This document shows, piece after piece, positions 10,464-20,149 of a stretch of DNA of 64,000 nucleotides. Within the stretch, counting starts at the first letter, position 1. Every line of letters begins with the position of its first letter. The notes beneath the pieces were generated by a model, which had not been told where the DNA came from, ran no database searches, and saw only the letters and a program-made list of their open reading frames with translations. Position numbers and translations under genes: made by a program. The stretch covers positions 1 to 64,000 of the IMG/VR virus record IMGVR_UViG_3300013116_000108. The stretch is one strand, 5' to 3'.

Positions 10464-10961
10464 ATGACAGTTAAGTTAAAAACAATAGTTAAAAATAACT
10501 TTTGGATACTAGAAGAAGATGGTACCAAAGTTGGAACAGTTAGTAAGAAAGATAAAAAGAATTATCAACTTCTTAGTTTACATCAAGATCAACCTGTTAC
10601 TATGACAATGACAGATATCATTAATAAATGGGGAGAGGATTGTTTTAAAGAACCAGTTAAAGTTGATGTAGAAAAAAGTATAACAACTGCCGGTGAAGTA
10701 TATCTACTTTTTGGATATCCTTGTGCTAGTAAACCAACAAATGAAATGTATGATGTACAACGTAAATTGCCTTTGTATACGAAAAATAACAAATCAAATA
10801 GTGTACATTCAGCAGGCTATTACATTGTAAAATATCCAAGCAACGGATGGTCGAGAGGGTTTTGTCCTAAGTTAGTTACATTAGAACGTTATCCGTATAA
10901 AGGCCCATTTAAAACTAAAGCAGATATGTCTTTGGCACTAAAGCAAAGTAGATACGAGTAA
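10464..10961 (+). CDS. Hypothetical phage protein
   Basis: AAGGAG RBS, operon-packed. Confidence 0.7.
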   Translation: MTVKLKTIVKNNFWILEEDGTKVGTVSKKDKKNYQLLSLHQDQPVTMTMTDIINKWGEDCFKEPVKVDVEKSITTAGEVYLLFGYPCASKPTNEMYDVQRKLPLYTKNNKSNSVHSAGYYIVKYPSNGWSRGFCPKLVTLERYPYKGPFKTKADMSLALKQSRYE

Positions 10962-11188
10962 TGAGTTTACATATAGATAAATTTAGACAGTTAGTACAGG
11001 CAAACCAACAAAAACAGGCGTCTAGCACCGTCTTAGACACCCGTACAGCGACGGATTTATTACATAGCATTACTGAACTTCAAACAAAATTAATTAACGT
11101 ACAAGACGAATTAATTAACACACAAAAAAAACTTATAGATAGCCAAACTGTTAATGTAGAATTTGACGGAGAAAATTGGTCTAATTAA
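10961..11188 (+). CDS. Hypothetical coiled-coil protein
   Basis: TAATG overlap with upstream gene; heptad pattern. Confidence 0.65.
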   Translation: MSLHIDKFRQLVQANQQKQASSTVLDTRTATDLLHSITELQTKLINVQDELINTQKKLIDSQTVNVEFDGENWSN

Positions 11189-11227
11189 ATACTCATATAA
11201 AAAGGGTTATATACTCATAGAATAATG

Positions 11228-11234
11228 ATAAATA
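11228..11234 (+). promoter_or_regulatory. T4-late-type promoter motif
   Basis: Intergenic ATAAATA just upstream of AGGAG and GTG 11257. Confidence 0.55.
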
Positions 11235-11256
11235 CTCGTATAATAGGAGTAATCAA

Positions 11257-11547
11257 GTGAGTAGACCAAAACCAGTTGTTATATTAGAACAAACAGATAA
11301 GAAGTCTTATCAGACAATTCAAGTATTAGCCAGTGACGGGATATGGGCAGTCTACTATGAAGACCGCCCCATTAATGTAAAAACATTTAATATGTTAGTA
11401 AGTTATCCTGGACCTAAATATAAAAAGGTGGCATTTTCCAATCCTGGTCATGCTATTAACTTAGCAAAGAAAATGAACTTAAAATACGACACTGATAGAT
11501 TTACCGTAGTGAAGTTAGACCGTGGCGAAAAAGTTCCCCTCCAATAA
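11257..11547 (+). CDS. Hypothetical phage protein
   Basis: GTG start after AGGAG. Confidence 0.7.
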   Translation: MSRPKPVVILEQTDKKSYQTIQVLASDGIWAVYYEDRPINVKTFNMLVSYPGPKYKKVAFSNPGHAINLAKKMNLKYDTDRFTVVKLDRGEKVPLQ

Positions 11548-11908
11548 GTTAGAAATTACTCGAGCATTAATTCAACAATTAGACAATGTATCTGAAGAAG
11601 AAGCATTATCTCAATGGTGGAGAAATACACGAGTAGAATCAGGGTTAAGGCTAACTGAAGTTGGCTTTGAAGTGTTTGTACAGAAACTATTTGTAAAACG
11701 ATATACAATTTCAATAGAGCAATCAATAAAACATATTAGAAGCAATCCTAGGGTATTACTAGACTTGGACAAATATTTAACTTGCCCTTATTACTTTCCT
11801 CCTCGTAAACAGGCTATTGTGTTATTTGGCGAACAAGAAGCAAATATGGTGTCATTATACAACGGTGATATCATGCTTTATATGAAAAACACGTCTGCTT
11901 GGTACTAA
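11522..11908 (+). CDS. Hypothetical phage protein
   Basis: Overlapping operon ORF. Confidence 0.6.
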   Translation: MAKKFPSNKLEITRALIQQLDNVSEEEALSQWWRNTRVESGLRLTEVGFEVFVQKLFVKRYTISIEQSIKHIRSNPRVLLDLDKYLTCPYYFPPRKQAIVLFGEQEANMVSLYNGDIMLYMKNTSAWY

Positions 11909-11959
11909 ATTTAAGGCCAAAAATACCTAAAATCTAAAAAAAGATTAAAAAGCCTTATA

Positions 11960-11972
11960 AATCAATGGTTTA
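11960..11972 (+). promoter_or_regulatory. IHF-consensus site
   Basis: AATCAATGGTTTA matches WATCAANNNNTTR, with upstream A-tracts. Confidence 0.5.
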
Positions 11973-11998
11973 CAAGCGAAAAAAAGACGTCAAAATGG

Positions 11999-12027
11999 TT
12001 GACAAATTGGCCGATAGACTGTATACT
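11999..12027 (+). promoter_or_regulatory. Sigma70-type promoter for MoxR-vWA operon
   Basis: TTGACA-N17-TATACT. Confidence 0.85.
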
Positions 12028-12060
12028 GTAAGTATAGTTAATAAAAAGGAGTAAGAAAAT

Positions 12061-13170
12061 ATGTCAATAACAGAACACAGAACAGTAACTTCCGAGGGTG
12101 CTAAAAGAAGCATAACTAAAGCATTTGCTAAAAAGCGTCCTATTTTCCTTTGGGGGCCAATGGGTATTGGTAAATCCGAACTAGCACAAGGTTTGGTTGA
12201 TTCTGGTGAACTTGGTAATGCTTTACTAATTGATCTTAGAATGGCACTTATGGAACCTACAGATATTAAAGGTATTCCTTTTTATAATAAAGACACAGGT
12301 ACAATGGATTGGGCTCCACCAGTTGATTTACCTAGTAAAGAATTAGCAAAACAATATGACACAGTTGTATTGTTTTTAGACGAACTTAACTCTGCTCCTC
12401 CAAGTACACAGGCGGCGGCATACCAGTTAGTTCTTAACAGACGTGTTGGTAATTATGTATTACCTGAAAACGTTGTTATGATTGCGGCGGGTAATAGAGA
12501 AACTGATAAAGGTGTTGTTTACAGAATGCCTGCTCCGTTGGCAAACAGATTTTTACATTTGGAAATGAGAGTTGATTACGACAGTTGGTTGAACTGGGCC
12601 GTTAACAACGATATTCATTCTGATGTTATTGGACACATTACAGTTCATAAACAAGACTTGTTCGACTTTGATCCTAAAGGTTCAAGTCGTTCTTTTGCTA
12701 CACCTCGTTCTTGGACATTTGTTTCAGAACTAATCGATGATGATGATTTAGATGATGAAACATTTACTGATTTGGTTTCTGGTGCGATTGGTGAAGGCAT
12801 TGCTGTTAAGTTTATGGCAACTAGGAAGGCTAGAAACAAACTTCCTAACCCAACTGAAATTTTAGAAGGTAAGATTAAAACACTTGACAAAGATGTTGAA
12901 ATGTCAGGTCGTTATTCACTTACAATGTCTATGTGTTATGAGTTACGTGAAAGAGCTCAAAAATCAGGAGCAAGTACTCAAAAATATATTGAGAACTTCT
13001 TAAGGTTTATGATGGACAACTTCGATGCCGAACTTACTGTAATGGGAGCTCAGACTGCCATTGTAAGATACGGTATTAATGTTAAGCCTAAAGAACTTCC
13101 GAGCTTTAACGAGTTCCACGAAAGGTTCGGTAAGTATATTAGAAAAGCTCGTTCAATGGATGAGAAATAG
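12061..13170 (+). CDS. MoxR/CobS-like AAA+ ATPase
   Basis: Walker A GPMGIGKS, Walker B LFLDELN, sensor IAAGNR, PLANRF. Confidence 0.88.
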   Translation: MSITEHRTVTSEGAKRSITKAFAKKRPIFLWGPMGIGKSELAQGLVDSGELGNALLIDLRMALMEPTDIKGIPFYNKDTGTMDWAPPVDLPSKELAKQYDTVVLFLDELNSAPPSTQAAAYQLVLNRRVGNYVLPENVVMIAAGNRETDKGVVYRMPAPLANRFLHLEMRVDYDSWLNWAVNNDIHSDVIGHITVHKQDLFDFDPKGSSRSFATPRSWTFVSELIDDDDLDDETFTDLVSGAIGEGIAVKFMATRKARNKLPNPTEILEGKIKTLDKDVEMSGRYSLTMSMCYELRERAQKSGASTQKYIENFLRFMMDNFDAELTVMGAQTAIVRYGINVKPKELPSFNEFHERFGKYIRKARSMDEK

Positions 13171-13176
13171 GAGGCT

Positions 13177-14475
13177 TTGATGTCAAATATTAATCCTACC
13201 GCAAAAGAAGATATCAAACCTGGCTGTGAAGTTGGGTTTGAAACTGACCCTAAGTTAGATCTTAAGGTACGTGAGCAACTAGTTCAAGCAAGAATTGGTT
13301 TGCTTATACTTCATCCTTTTTATGGTAACCTTGCTTTAAGACTTAAACTTGTTAATGCTGATGCTTGGTGTCCAACTGCCGCAACTGATGGCAGACACTT
13401 TTTTTACAATACTAAGTTTATTGAAAAACTAACAGACGGTGAAATACTATTTTTAATGGGACATGAAATACTTCATGTAGTTTACGACCATATGGCTAGG
13501 AACCAAGGACGTAACCCACAGTTATCAAATATTGCCGCTGACTATTGTGTTAATGGTGACTTGGTACAAAACAAAGTTGGTACTCCTATTAAAGTAGTTC
13601 CTATTTTACACGAAACAAAATATTACGGTTGGTCATTTGAAAAAGTATATGACGACCTTTATGAGAATGCTGAAAAAATTGACATGGACGACTTGCTTGA
13701 AAAAATGTTAGATGAACATTTAGATGGTGATAGCGGAGATGGTGATTCAAACGGTAATCAAGAAACTGACGAAAACGGTAACCCTGTTAGTAAGAGCAAA
13801 CCTAAACTATCTGAAAAAGATCGTAGACAAATTAAAGATGAAATGAAAGAGGCAGTATTAAATGCGGCCGCGGCGGCTGGTAATAGTGCTGGTAACATTC
13901 CACAAGGTGTTAAAAGACTTATTGAACAATGGACCGCTCCTAAATTAGATTGGAGAGAAATACTTCAACAACAGATACAATCGACTATTAAGAACGACTT
14001 TACTTTCCAAAAGATTAACAGACGTTCTTGGCACATGGATGCCATTCTTCCGGGAATGGACAATGATGAAAAAATTGATATTTGTCTTTGTGTTGACATG
14101 TCAGGATCTGTTTCAAGTACAATGATAAAAGATTTCTTTAGTGAAGTTAAAGGTATTACTGATATGTACGAAGACTTTAACATTCAACTATGGTGCTTTG
14201 ATACTGAAGTATATGGATATAAGAAATTTGATCCAACTAACATTGATGAATTGTTAGACTATACTCCGTTAGGTGGAGGTGGTACAGAATTTGATGTTAA
14301 CTGGACATTTATGAAAGAACATGACATTGTACCTAAGAAATTAATTATGTTCACAGACGGTTACCCGTGGGGTAGTTGGGGTGACGAAAACTACTGTGAT
14401 ACAGTTTTTATTATTCACGGTGCTAAAGATGTTACTGCTCCGTTTGGTGTTACTTGTCATTACGAGGAGGCTTAA
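13177..14475 (+). CDS. Metallopeptidase-like plus vWA domain protein (DUF2201-type AAA partner)
   Basis: TAATDG, HEILH zinc motif, MIDAS-like CVDMSGS, GGGGTEF, FTDG. Confidence 0.85.
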   Translation: MMSNINPTAKEDIKPGCEVGFETDPKLDLKVREQLVQARIGLLILHPFYGNLALRLKLVNADAWCPTAATDGRHFFYNTKFIEKLTDGEILFLMGHEILHVVYDHMARNQGRNPQLSNIAADYCVNGDLVQNKVGTPIKVVPILHETKYYGWSFEKVYDDLYENAEKIDMDDLLEKMLDEHLDGDSGDGDSNGNQETDENGNPVSKSKPKLSEKDRRQIKDEMKEAVLNAAAAAGNSAGNIPQGVKRLIEQWTAPKLDWREILQQQIQSTIKNDFTFQKINRRSWHMDAILPGMDNDEKIDICLCVDMSGSVSSTMIKDFFSEVKGITDMYEDFNIQLWCFDTEVYGYKKFDPTNIDELLDYTPLGGGGTEFDVNWTFMKEHDIVPKKLIMFTDGYPWGSWGDENYCDTVFIIHGAKDVTAPFGVTCHYEEA

Positions 14476-14645
14476 TGACATTACTATTTTGGGCAGGATT
14501 ATATTTTGTTGTTTATATAGCATTATGGCTTTTGGCCAATATGCTACCAATACTAGGAACCATAATTAAAGGATTGCTTCTTATAGCATCTTTTATATTT
14601 TGGTTCTTTTGGTTTATAGCATTAATTTTAACGGTATTTGGATAA
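14475..14645 (+). CDS. Small membrane protein
   Basis: Two hydrophobic helices; GAGGAGG RBS; TAATG overlap. Confidence 0.65.
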   Translation: MTLLFWAGLYFVVYIALWLLANMLPILGTIIKGLLLIASFIFWFFWFIALILTVFG

Positions 14646-14935
14646 TGGAAAATGTTAACCCACTAAACGTATTAGGTAAACGAGTAGTACCTAATTTACC
14701 CCTACATTTTACTAAAATTAGTATTCCATGCGATTCATGGAGAGTTGGGGACAAGATTAAAGAACTAAAATACTGGATCTATACTTCATTAGAAGGTAGG
14801 TATTGGGTAGGCGAAGCAAGTGACGACTATTCATTTACTACCACCAATACTATTACAGTAGGATTTGAAGATTCAAGCGAAGCCACATATTTTAGTTTGG
14901 CCTATCCACAAGAAGATCAAGAAGATAGATTTTAA
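14645..14935 (+). CDS. Hypothetical phage protein
   Basis: TAATG overlap; start moved to 14645. Confidence 0.6.
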   Translation: MENVNPLNVLGKRVVPNLPLHFTKISIPCDSWRVGDKIKELKYWIYTSLEGRYWVGEASDDYSFTTTNTITVGFEDSSEATYFSLAYPQEDQEDRF

Positions 14936-15022
14936 ACCAGAAATTCATTTAATTGATTCTTTTTTAAGTAAATAATAATAGCATATAATGAAATAGTTAT
15001 ATGTATAACAATGGAGATAATA

Positions 15023-15376
15023 ATGACAGACGATACAAAAAATACTGAAGCAGAAGCAACGACAGAGACTACTGCTCCAGAAACTAAACCAGAAGCACCA
15101 GCAGGTGGTCCTGGATTAACTCTAGGTGATCTACGTTTAGTTGCTAGAATCATTCAGATTTCAAGCGAACGTGGAGCCATTAGAGCAGACGAAATGGCAA
15201 CTGTTGGAGATCTATATAATAGATTAGTACAATGGTTAAACTCAATTCAGCCAGCGCCTAAACCAGAAGGCGACGGAACTACACCAGTACCGGGTACTGC
15301 TGAATTACCAAACGATGAAACACCTACTGAAGAATCAACTGATTCAGATTCCAAGGAAGGAAACACAGGAGAATAA
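15023..15376 (+). CDS. Hypothetical protein with acidic/Pro-rich tails
   Basis: GGAG RBS; folded core LTLGDL..RGAIRADEM..VG.LY. Confidence 0.7.
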   Translation: MTDDTKNTEAEATTETTAPETKPEAPAGGPGLTLGDLRLVARIIQISSERGAIRADEMATVGDLYNRLVQWLNSIQPAPKPEGDGTTPVPGTAELPNDETPTEESTDSDSKEGNTGE

Positions 15377-15377
15377 C

Positions 15378-16013
15378 ATGGCCTCATCAATTAAGCATAC
15401 AGGCACTCACAACGGAAAAAAAGTTGTAGTCTTGTTTAGGCAAACTCCAAACGAAGATCACATGGCTCTAGTAGTTTACAGTGATAGTATGCCATCATTA
15501 ATTCACGATGCCGTTATGGAGTGTGTTCAAAGTGATGTTGGGCAACAAGCAGATAATTTTGCTGATGCTCTACAAAGAAAAACTATGACCGATGGGAGAG
15601 TTGCTTTAACAGTACTCCACCAAGAAGGTTATATTAAGAAGGTCCAAACTAACCAAGTTATAATGACACCTAATGCTAAATCTACAGTAAGATTAGATGA
15701 GCTAAATGATGTTGTTAACAAACTAAAAGAAGGTGGAGAAGCCGCTGAAAGAATGAGAGAACTAGACCAAAATGCTGGTATGGTATCTCCGCAACCTCGT
15801 GGCAGAGACGTAGGCGAACCTATGATTGCTGAACGTACTCAAAATAATTCTGCTCTCGGCGATGAAGACCTTGCTAATAACTTGTTAAATCAGGCTAAAG
15901 GATTTGAAGACGAAGCCGTTAAGTTAAGGGAACAAGCATATGACTTGAATCCTGATCTTAGACCTCGTCGTGGTCGACCTGCTAAAAAGACCACGTCCGA
16001 TGTCAAAGCATAA
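15378..16013 (+). CDS. Hypothetical phage protein with C-terminal AT-hook-like RRGRP
   Basis: AGGAG RBS; PRRGRPAK. Confidence 0.7.
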   Translation: MASSIKHTGTHNGKKVVVLFRQTPNEDHMALVVYSDSMPSLIHDAVMECVQSDVGQQADNFADALQRKTMTDGRVALTVLHQEGYIKKVQTNQVIMTPNAKSTVRLDELNDVVNKLKEGGEAAERMRELDQNAGMVSPQPRGRDVGEPMIAERTQNNSALGDEDLANNLLNQAKGFEDEAVKLREQAYDLNPDLRPRRGRPAKKTTSDVKA

Positions 16014-16329
16014 TGACAAGGAAATTGATTACGATAAAATAATACAATCTCAATGGAGTGATCTGTTATCAGAGATTCCAATGGAGGATGTACCATTAGA
16101 AGTAATTAATAAAGTTTTAATCCATTTTAAGAATGGAAAAATAAAATCTGTCGATATCTCTGGTATAGCAGATTCTGATTTAGATTATAGAAAATTAGAA
16201 TCTGCTTTACAACGACAACTAGACAGATTAGCCGACGAAATAAAAACTGTGGATTGGGTAATTAATAGTAAAAAAATTATTGATACAGTCGAAGATGCTA
16301 AGACTGAATTGTTTAAGGATAAAAAGTAA
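16000..16329 (+). CDS. Hypothetical protein
   Basis: Overlapping operon ORF. Confidence 0.6.
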   Translation: MSKHNDKEIDYDKIIQSQWSDLLSEIPMEDVPLEVINKVLIHFKNGKIKSVDISGIADSDLDYRKLESALQRQLDRLADEIKTVDWVINSKKIIDTVEDAKTELFKDKK

Positions 16330-16358
16330 CTCTGGGGCGGGAGAAACGGTGCTACTAA

Positions 16359-16901
16359 ATGACAGAAACAATACGAATACATAATCCAACAACCTTAACT
16401 AACTTCCTCAAACTATGTAAACATATGGGCTTCGCAAATAACGAAAGCCTTACTGCTTTAAAGTGGCAATGGTTATTAGATAATAAAGGATCTTGGTGGG
16501 GTACAGTTTTAAGAGGTAATATAATTGCTGTAAGTGGCATACATCCTTTTAAAGATGGGTACCGAGCATTGTTTAGAGGAGTACAAACATTTCAAAGACC
16601 AGCAGGATTAAATAAATACCATATGTCTAGTTATGGCTTTGCTGAACACTTACCTGTACAAATAGAGTGGGCTCAGGTTATGTCTAATGACACAGATGTT
16701 CCAATATATATTACTACCAATGTCGACAACGATGCTAGTGGTAAAATGCTTCGAGTAAATAAAATTTTTAGCATTTTAGAGAAGCAAAAAATAGTTGACT
16801 TTGTAGGCGAAGAGGATGTATACTATACTAAACAAAACATATGGAAATTAAACAAGAAAGAATATTATGGATATAGATCTAAAACATTTAAAAAATATTA
16901 A
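16359..16901 (+). CDS. Hypothetical protein, possible GNAT-like fold
   Basis: Beta pattern IIAVSGIHPF..GYRALFRG; weak. Confidence 0.45.
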   Translation: MTETIRIHNPTTLTNFLKLCKHMGFANNESLTALKWQWLLDNKGSWWGTVLRGNIIAVSGIHPFKDGYRALFRGVQTFQRPAGLNKYHMSSYGFAEHLPVQIEWAQVMSNDTDVPIYITTNVDNDASGKMLRVNKIFSILEKQKIVDFVGEEDVYYTKQNIWKLNKKEYYGYRSKTFKKY

Positions 16902-17088
16902 AACAGGCTATTTTAAGCATTTTGCCTATGCTACTTACTTTAACTTTTTAGCATTATTAGTTTTTATTACAGGAACTATACATAGCATTTTTCCATTTGT
17001 ATTCGCTTTTACACCATACAAGTTAGCAAAGAAGATAGTAGATGGAACTGAAAAACACCTTATCAAAAATACTAAAAGAAGGAACTGA
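16867..17088 (+). CDS. DUF6356-like small membrane protein
   Basis: HL....GYFKHF..A.......GTIHSIFPF pattern. Confidence 0.55.
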   Translation: MDIDLKHLKNIKTGYFKHFAYATYFNFLALLVFITGTIHSIFPFVFAFTPYKLAKKIVDGTEKHLIKNTKRRN

Positions 17089-17752
17089 TCTTTTAACTAG
17101 CGGTACTACAGGTGCCCCAAAAGTAATATTCCAAACTCCTGAAAAATTATATCATGCTAATAAGTCAGCAATAGATAGCCAACAACTTACAAAACAATCT
17201 AAAATTTATACAGTATGTAAAATGACACATGCTGGTGGCCTACTGGCTCAAACGTTACCAGGCTTCTCTATAGGTGCTGATATTACCGTTGTAAACTTCA
17301 ATGCTTACGAGTTTAATAAAGAGATAACAAAGTATACACATACTCACTTAACACCTACACACGGGCGTATTTTAGCCCTTACAAAAGGTTTTAAACACTT
17401 AAACTTAACAGGTATCCATGTTACCTGTGGCAGTGATCCTGTACCATGGGAAATGATAGAATCATTTGTTTCTAAAGGTGCTACATTTACTACTAATTGG
17501 GGAATGAGTGAAGTTGGACCTTGTGCTATTAACACCACCTTTACAAGTATGGATCAAGTAGCAGATTATAAGTCTAGAAGTATAAAAGGTGCTACATTAT
17601 TAGGTGATCAAGCATATTGTTCTGTGGATATACGTGACAATGAATTGTATGTCAAAGGTGACATAAGTGTACATGGTAACAAATGGTTTGCTACTGGAGA
17701 TATGATTACTGTGAATAGTAATGGGGAGTTTTATTATCTTGGACGAAAGTAA
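17042..17752 (+). CDS. Minimal AMP-binding (ANL/acyl-CoA synthetase-like) protein
   Basis: A3 TSGTTGAPK, A5 WGMSEVG, A7 TGD, stops right after A8 YLGR. Confidence 0.75.
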   Translation: MELKNTLSKILKEGTDLLTSGTTGAPKVIFQTPEKLYHANKSAIDSQQLTKQSKIYTVCKMTHAGGLLAQTLPGFSIGADITVVNFNAYEFNKEITKYTHTHLTPTHGRILALTKGFKHLNLTGIHVTCGSDPVPWEMIESFVSKGATFTTNWGMSEVGPCAINTTFTSMDQVADYKSRSIKGATLLGDQAYCSVDIRDNELYVKGDISVHGNKWFATGDMITVNSNGEFYYLGRK

Positions 17753-18485
17753 ATTAATATTTGTTAGTTTTGAAAAAGGATGCGGTGGTCACAGTATTGC
17801 TAGAACACTATGTTCGTTGCCAAATGTATATTGGTACAGTAATAAGAATAATGGCATACATCCTTGGAATGTTGCTAGTGCTAAAACTAGTGATATTAGA
17901 CAACGAAAAGTTGCTCCAAAACACTTTGATCGAGAAATGGAAAATGGCGATAGATTGCCTCCTATGTACGATTATGTACAAGACTATATTAATGATATTG
18001 ACTGGTATTTAAGAGCCATCTTTTATCCTGCCATCAAAAAAGCACAGCGACAGACGTCTAAAATGCTTGTTTTTCCGACTCATTTAACCACTTTTCAGTT
18101 AAGGCAGTACTTTGGTACTAGTGCCTGCTTAAACGTGTTATACGACCCCTTAAAAGCGTCTAAACGGTACATTACTACTGTTAGTAAGTTCCCTGCTTAT
18201 GTTAAATTTAACGGTATAATACCTAAAGATAACGAGTATTTAAAATGGTTAGAATCCATACATACCATAAAACCAAAGTTTACAGTAGCAGATGTTTGGG
18301 CTATGAAAAAGCATAATAAACTGTATGATAAACGTTTTGAAGAAGAATATTACAACGAAATACAAACCCAAATGAACGACCGATTAATAGTTCGCGAAGG
18401 TGCTCAAAGGGATAGTACTGTTTGTACTATTCATCAAGATAAAATTGATTGGAAAAAAGTTAAGACTTATTTAAATTCGTTGTAG
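17721..18485 (+). CDS. Hypothetical protein, P-loop/sulfotransferase-like N-terminus
   Basis: FVSFEKGCGGHSIARTL; similar start in ORF 52251-53000. Confidence 0.45.
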   Translation: MGSFIILDESKLIFVSFEKGCGGHSIARTLCSLPNVYWYSNKNNGIHPWNVASAKTSDIRQRKVAPKHFDREMENGDRLPPMYDYVQDYINDIDWYLRAIFYPAIKKAQRQTSKMLVFPTHLTTFQLRQYFGTSACLNVLYDPLKASKRYITTVSKFPAYVKFNGIIPKDNEYLKWLESIHTIKPKFTVADVWAMKKHNKLYDKRFEEEYYNEIQTQMNDRLIVREGAQRDSTVCTIHQDKIDWKKVKTYLNSL

Positions 18486-19477
18486 AATTTAATACTAGCA
18501 AGATTCTTCATTTTGCTTTCACACATAATATCAAAATCTTCAGTAAATGTCCAAGCCCATTCGTTAACAGGCTTGTTCCAGTAGTAATCAGAATGGCCAC
18601 GTAACTTGCCTTTCTTGTAACCACTTTCTAGTAGTTTAGTATAATCGGGTCTTACGTCGATCGGATGATCTACAATATAGTTTTCACGACTAACGCTGTA
18701 ATGACAAGCAGGACGGACACCCCGCCAACTATCAATAACACGTCTAATCCTGTCGTCGGTTGGTTCAATATACTCTCCGGCACTATGAACCCAGTGGTGG
18801 TGTATGTCGACAACTAATGCTACCTCCTTTTCAAGTTCGAGTGAGGCATCGAGGCCCCAACTGTTTTCGTCGTTTTCAATAGTAAGTGTGTTTCGTGCTT
18901 CTGTAGACAATCTTGGAAGGACGGCTTTGATACCGGCTGGACCTTGTCTGCCCGAGATGTGGACGTTACATTTGAAGTCTTGCCAGTTTTTACCGTAACC
19001 CATGTACCTGATGAGATCCGCATGATATTCAAACTCCTCTATACTTCTATTTACTATATCTTCATTGTCGCTGGCTAGTACTGTAAACTGACCAGGGTGC
19101 ATTGATAATCTAATGTTATGGCTACGAGCTAAGTCACCTACCTTAATAAGATGTTGTTGACAATAAGCAATTACATCTGGCTTCTGCCAAAAGTAAGACC
19201 ATTCAGGATGTGTATATACAGGAAGACAATCTGATCCTAAACGTACCATTTGTAGTTCAGTTGGAAGTGTACTCACATATTGTACAAGATTGTAATAAGA
19301 CTGAATATTATGTACCATAATATCCCATAATCGTTCTTCAGCAACATCACGTGTTTGCTTATTGAGCCATTGTACTGTAGTAGATCTAGTATTCAACGGA
19401 CGTTGAATATCTTCTAGTAGTTTTTTCTTTTGTGTTTGATCTGGGTGTAAGTATTTACAAGCGAAACCTATCTTCAT
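18467..19477 (-). CDS. uvsE: UV-damage endonuclease (UvdE/UvsE)
   Basis: KIGFACK, RLGSD, RLSMHPGQF, NVHISG, TIENDE, VDIHHHW, H.S.SR, HSDY, MCESKMKN. Confidence 0.93.
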   Translation of the reverse strand: MKIGFACKYLHPDQTQKKKLLEDIQRPLNTRSTTVQWLNKQTRDVAEERLWDIMVHNIQSYYNLVQYVSTLPTELQMVRLGSDCLPVYTHPEWSYFWQKPDVIAYCQQHLIKVGDLARSHNIRLSMHPGQFTVLASDNEDIVNRSIEEFEYHADLIRYMGYGKNWQDFKCNVHISGRQGPAGIKAVLPRLSTEARNTLTIENDENSWGLDASLELEKEVALVVDIHHHWVHSAGEYIEPTDDRIRRVIDSWRGVRPACHYSVSRENYIVDHPIDVRPDYTKLLESGYKKGKLRGHSDYYWNKPVNEWAWTFTEDFDIMCESKMKNLASIKFYNEFK

Positions 19478-19509
19478 GTATAGTATTACCTAAGTTAAAT
19501 TATAGTATA

Positions 19510-19538
19510 ATTATACTACATTTAAATAGGATAGTCAA
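19510..19538 (-). promoter_or_regulatory. Sigma70-type promoter for uvsE
   Basis: TTGACT-N17-TATAAT on minus strand. Confidence 0.8.
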
Positions 19539-20148
19539 CCAAAAAAGTTTCTAGACCTTGATATGTATCAACACTAAAATTTGAATATTCTTTCCATTCC
19601 TCAGGAACTTTCCAACCCTCAGTATTAATATAAACAAATTGTGTATCAGGATAATGTTTGAAAAGTTTAGCACTATGATAAATCCAAAATTTTGGATCTA
19701 CTGCTTCATCTGTTTTCTTTTTATAACCTAATGTTCCGGAATAAATGTTATTCTGCATATTGTTGGCAGTACCATATAAATCAAATCCTAACACTATAAT
19801 AATTTCGTGTCCTTTTTCACATGCTAATAACATAGAATAATGGCCACTTCCCCAATGCTCTGCCTTGTCGGCTTTATTAGGTCCTAAGTATGGCAAGTCA
19901 GGAACAACTTGTAAATTAGGATCTTTGTTACCATCTAGCCATCTTGCTCTACTGTATATAAAAGAGTTTTTAGTTATTTCTAAATCTGTTGCTTCTTTGA
20001 GCATAGTCTTATCACACGTTACAAGATAGTTAACTGCTATATCTCTGTGAATAGCATTTGATCCGTATGTAACTCCAGCAATGTTTAATCGTTTTAAATC
20101 AAAGCCTGTTCTACTTCTACCGTTACCTATTACAAATGCTGGTCTCAT
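19522..20148 (-). CDS. MptE/DUF115-like nucleotide-binding-fold protein
   Basis: FVIGNGRSR, YGSNA, LVTCD, WGSG, LGFDL; start MRPAF. Confidence 0.55.
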   Translation of the reverse strand: MRPAFVIGNGRSRTGFDLKRLNIAGVTYGSNAIHRDIAVNYLVTCDKTMLKEATDLEITKNSFIYSRARWLDGNKDPNLQVVPDLPYLGPNKADKAEHWGSGHYSMLLACEKGHEIIIVLGFDLYGTANNMQNNIYSGTLGYKKKTDEAVDPKFWIYHSAKLFKHYPDTQFVYINTEGWKVPEEWKEYSNFSVDTYQGLETFLVDYPI

Positions 20149-20149
20149 T

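Noticed and set aside
16330-16358. Short GC-rich spacer CTCTGGGGCGGGAGAAACGGTGC as a tRNA remnant
   Set aside because: Too short and no foldable cloverleaf
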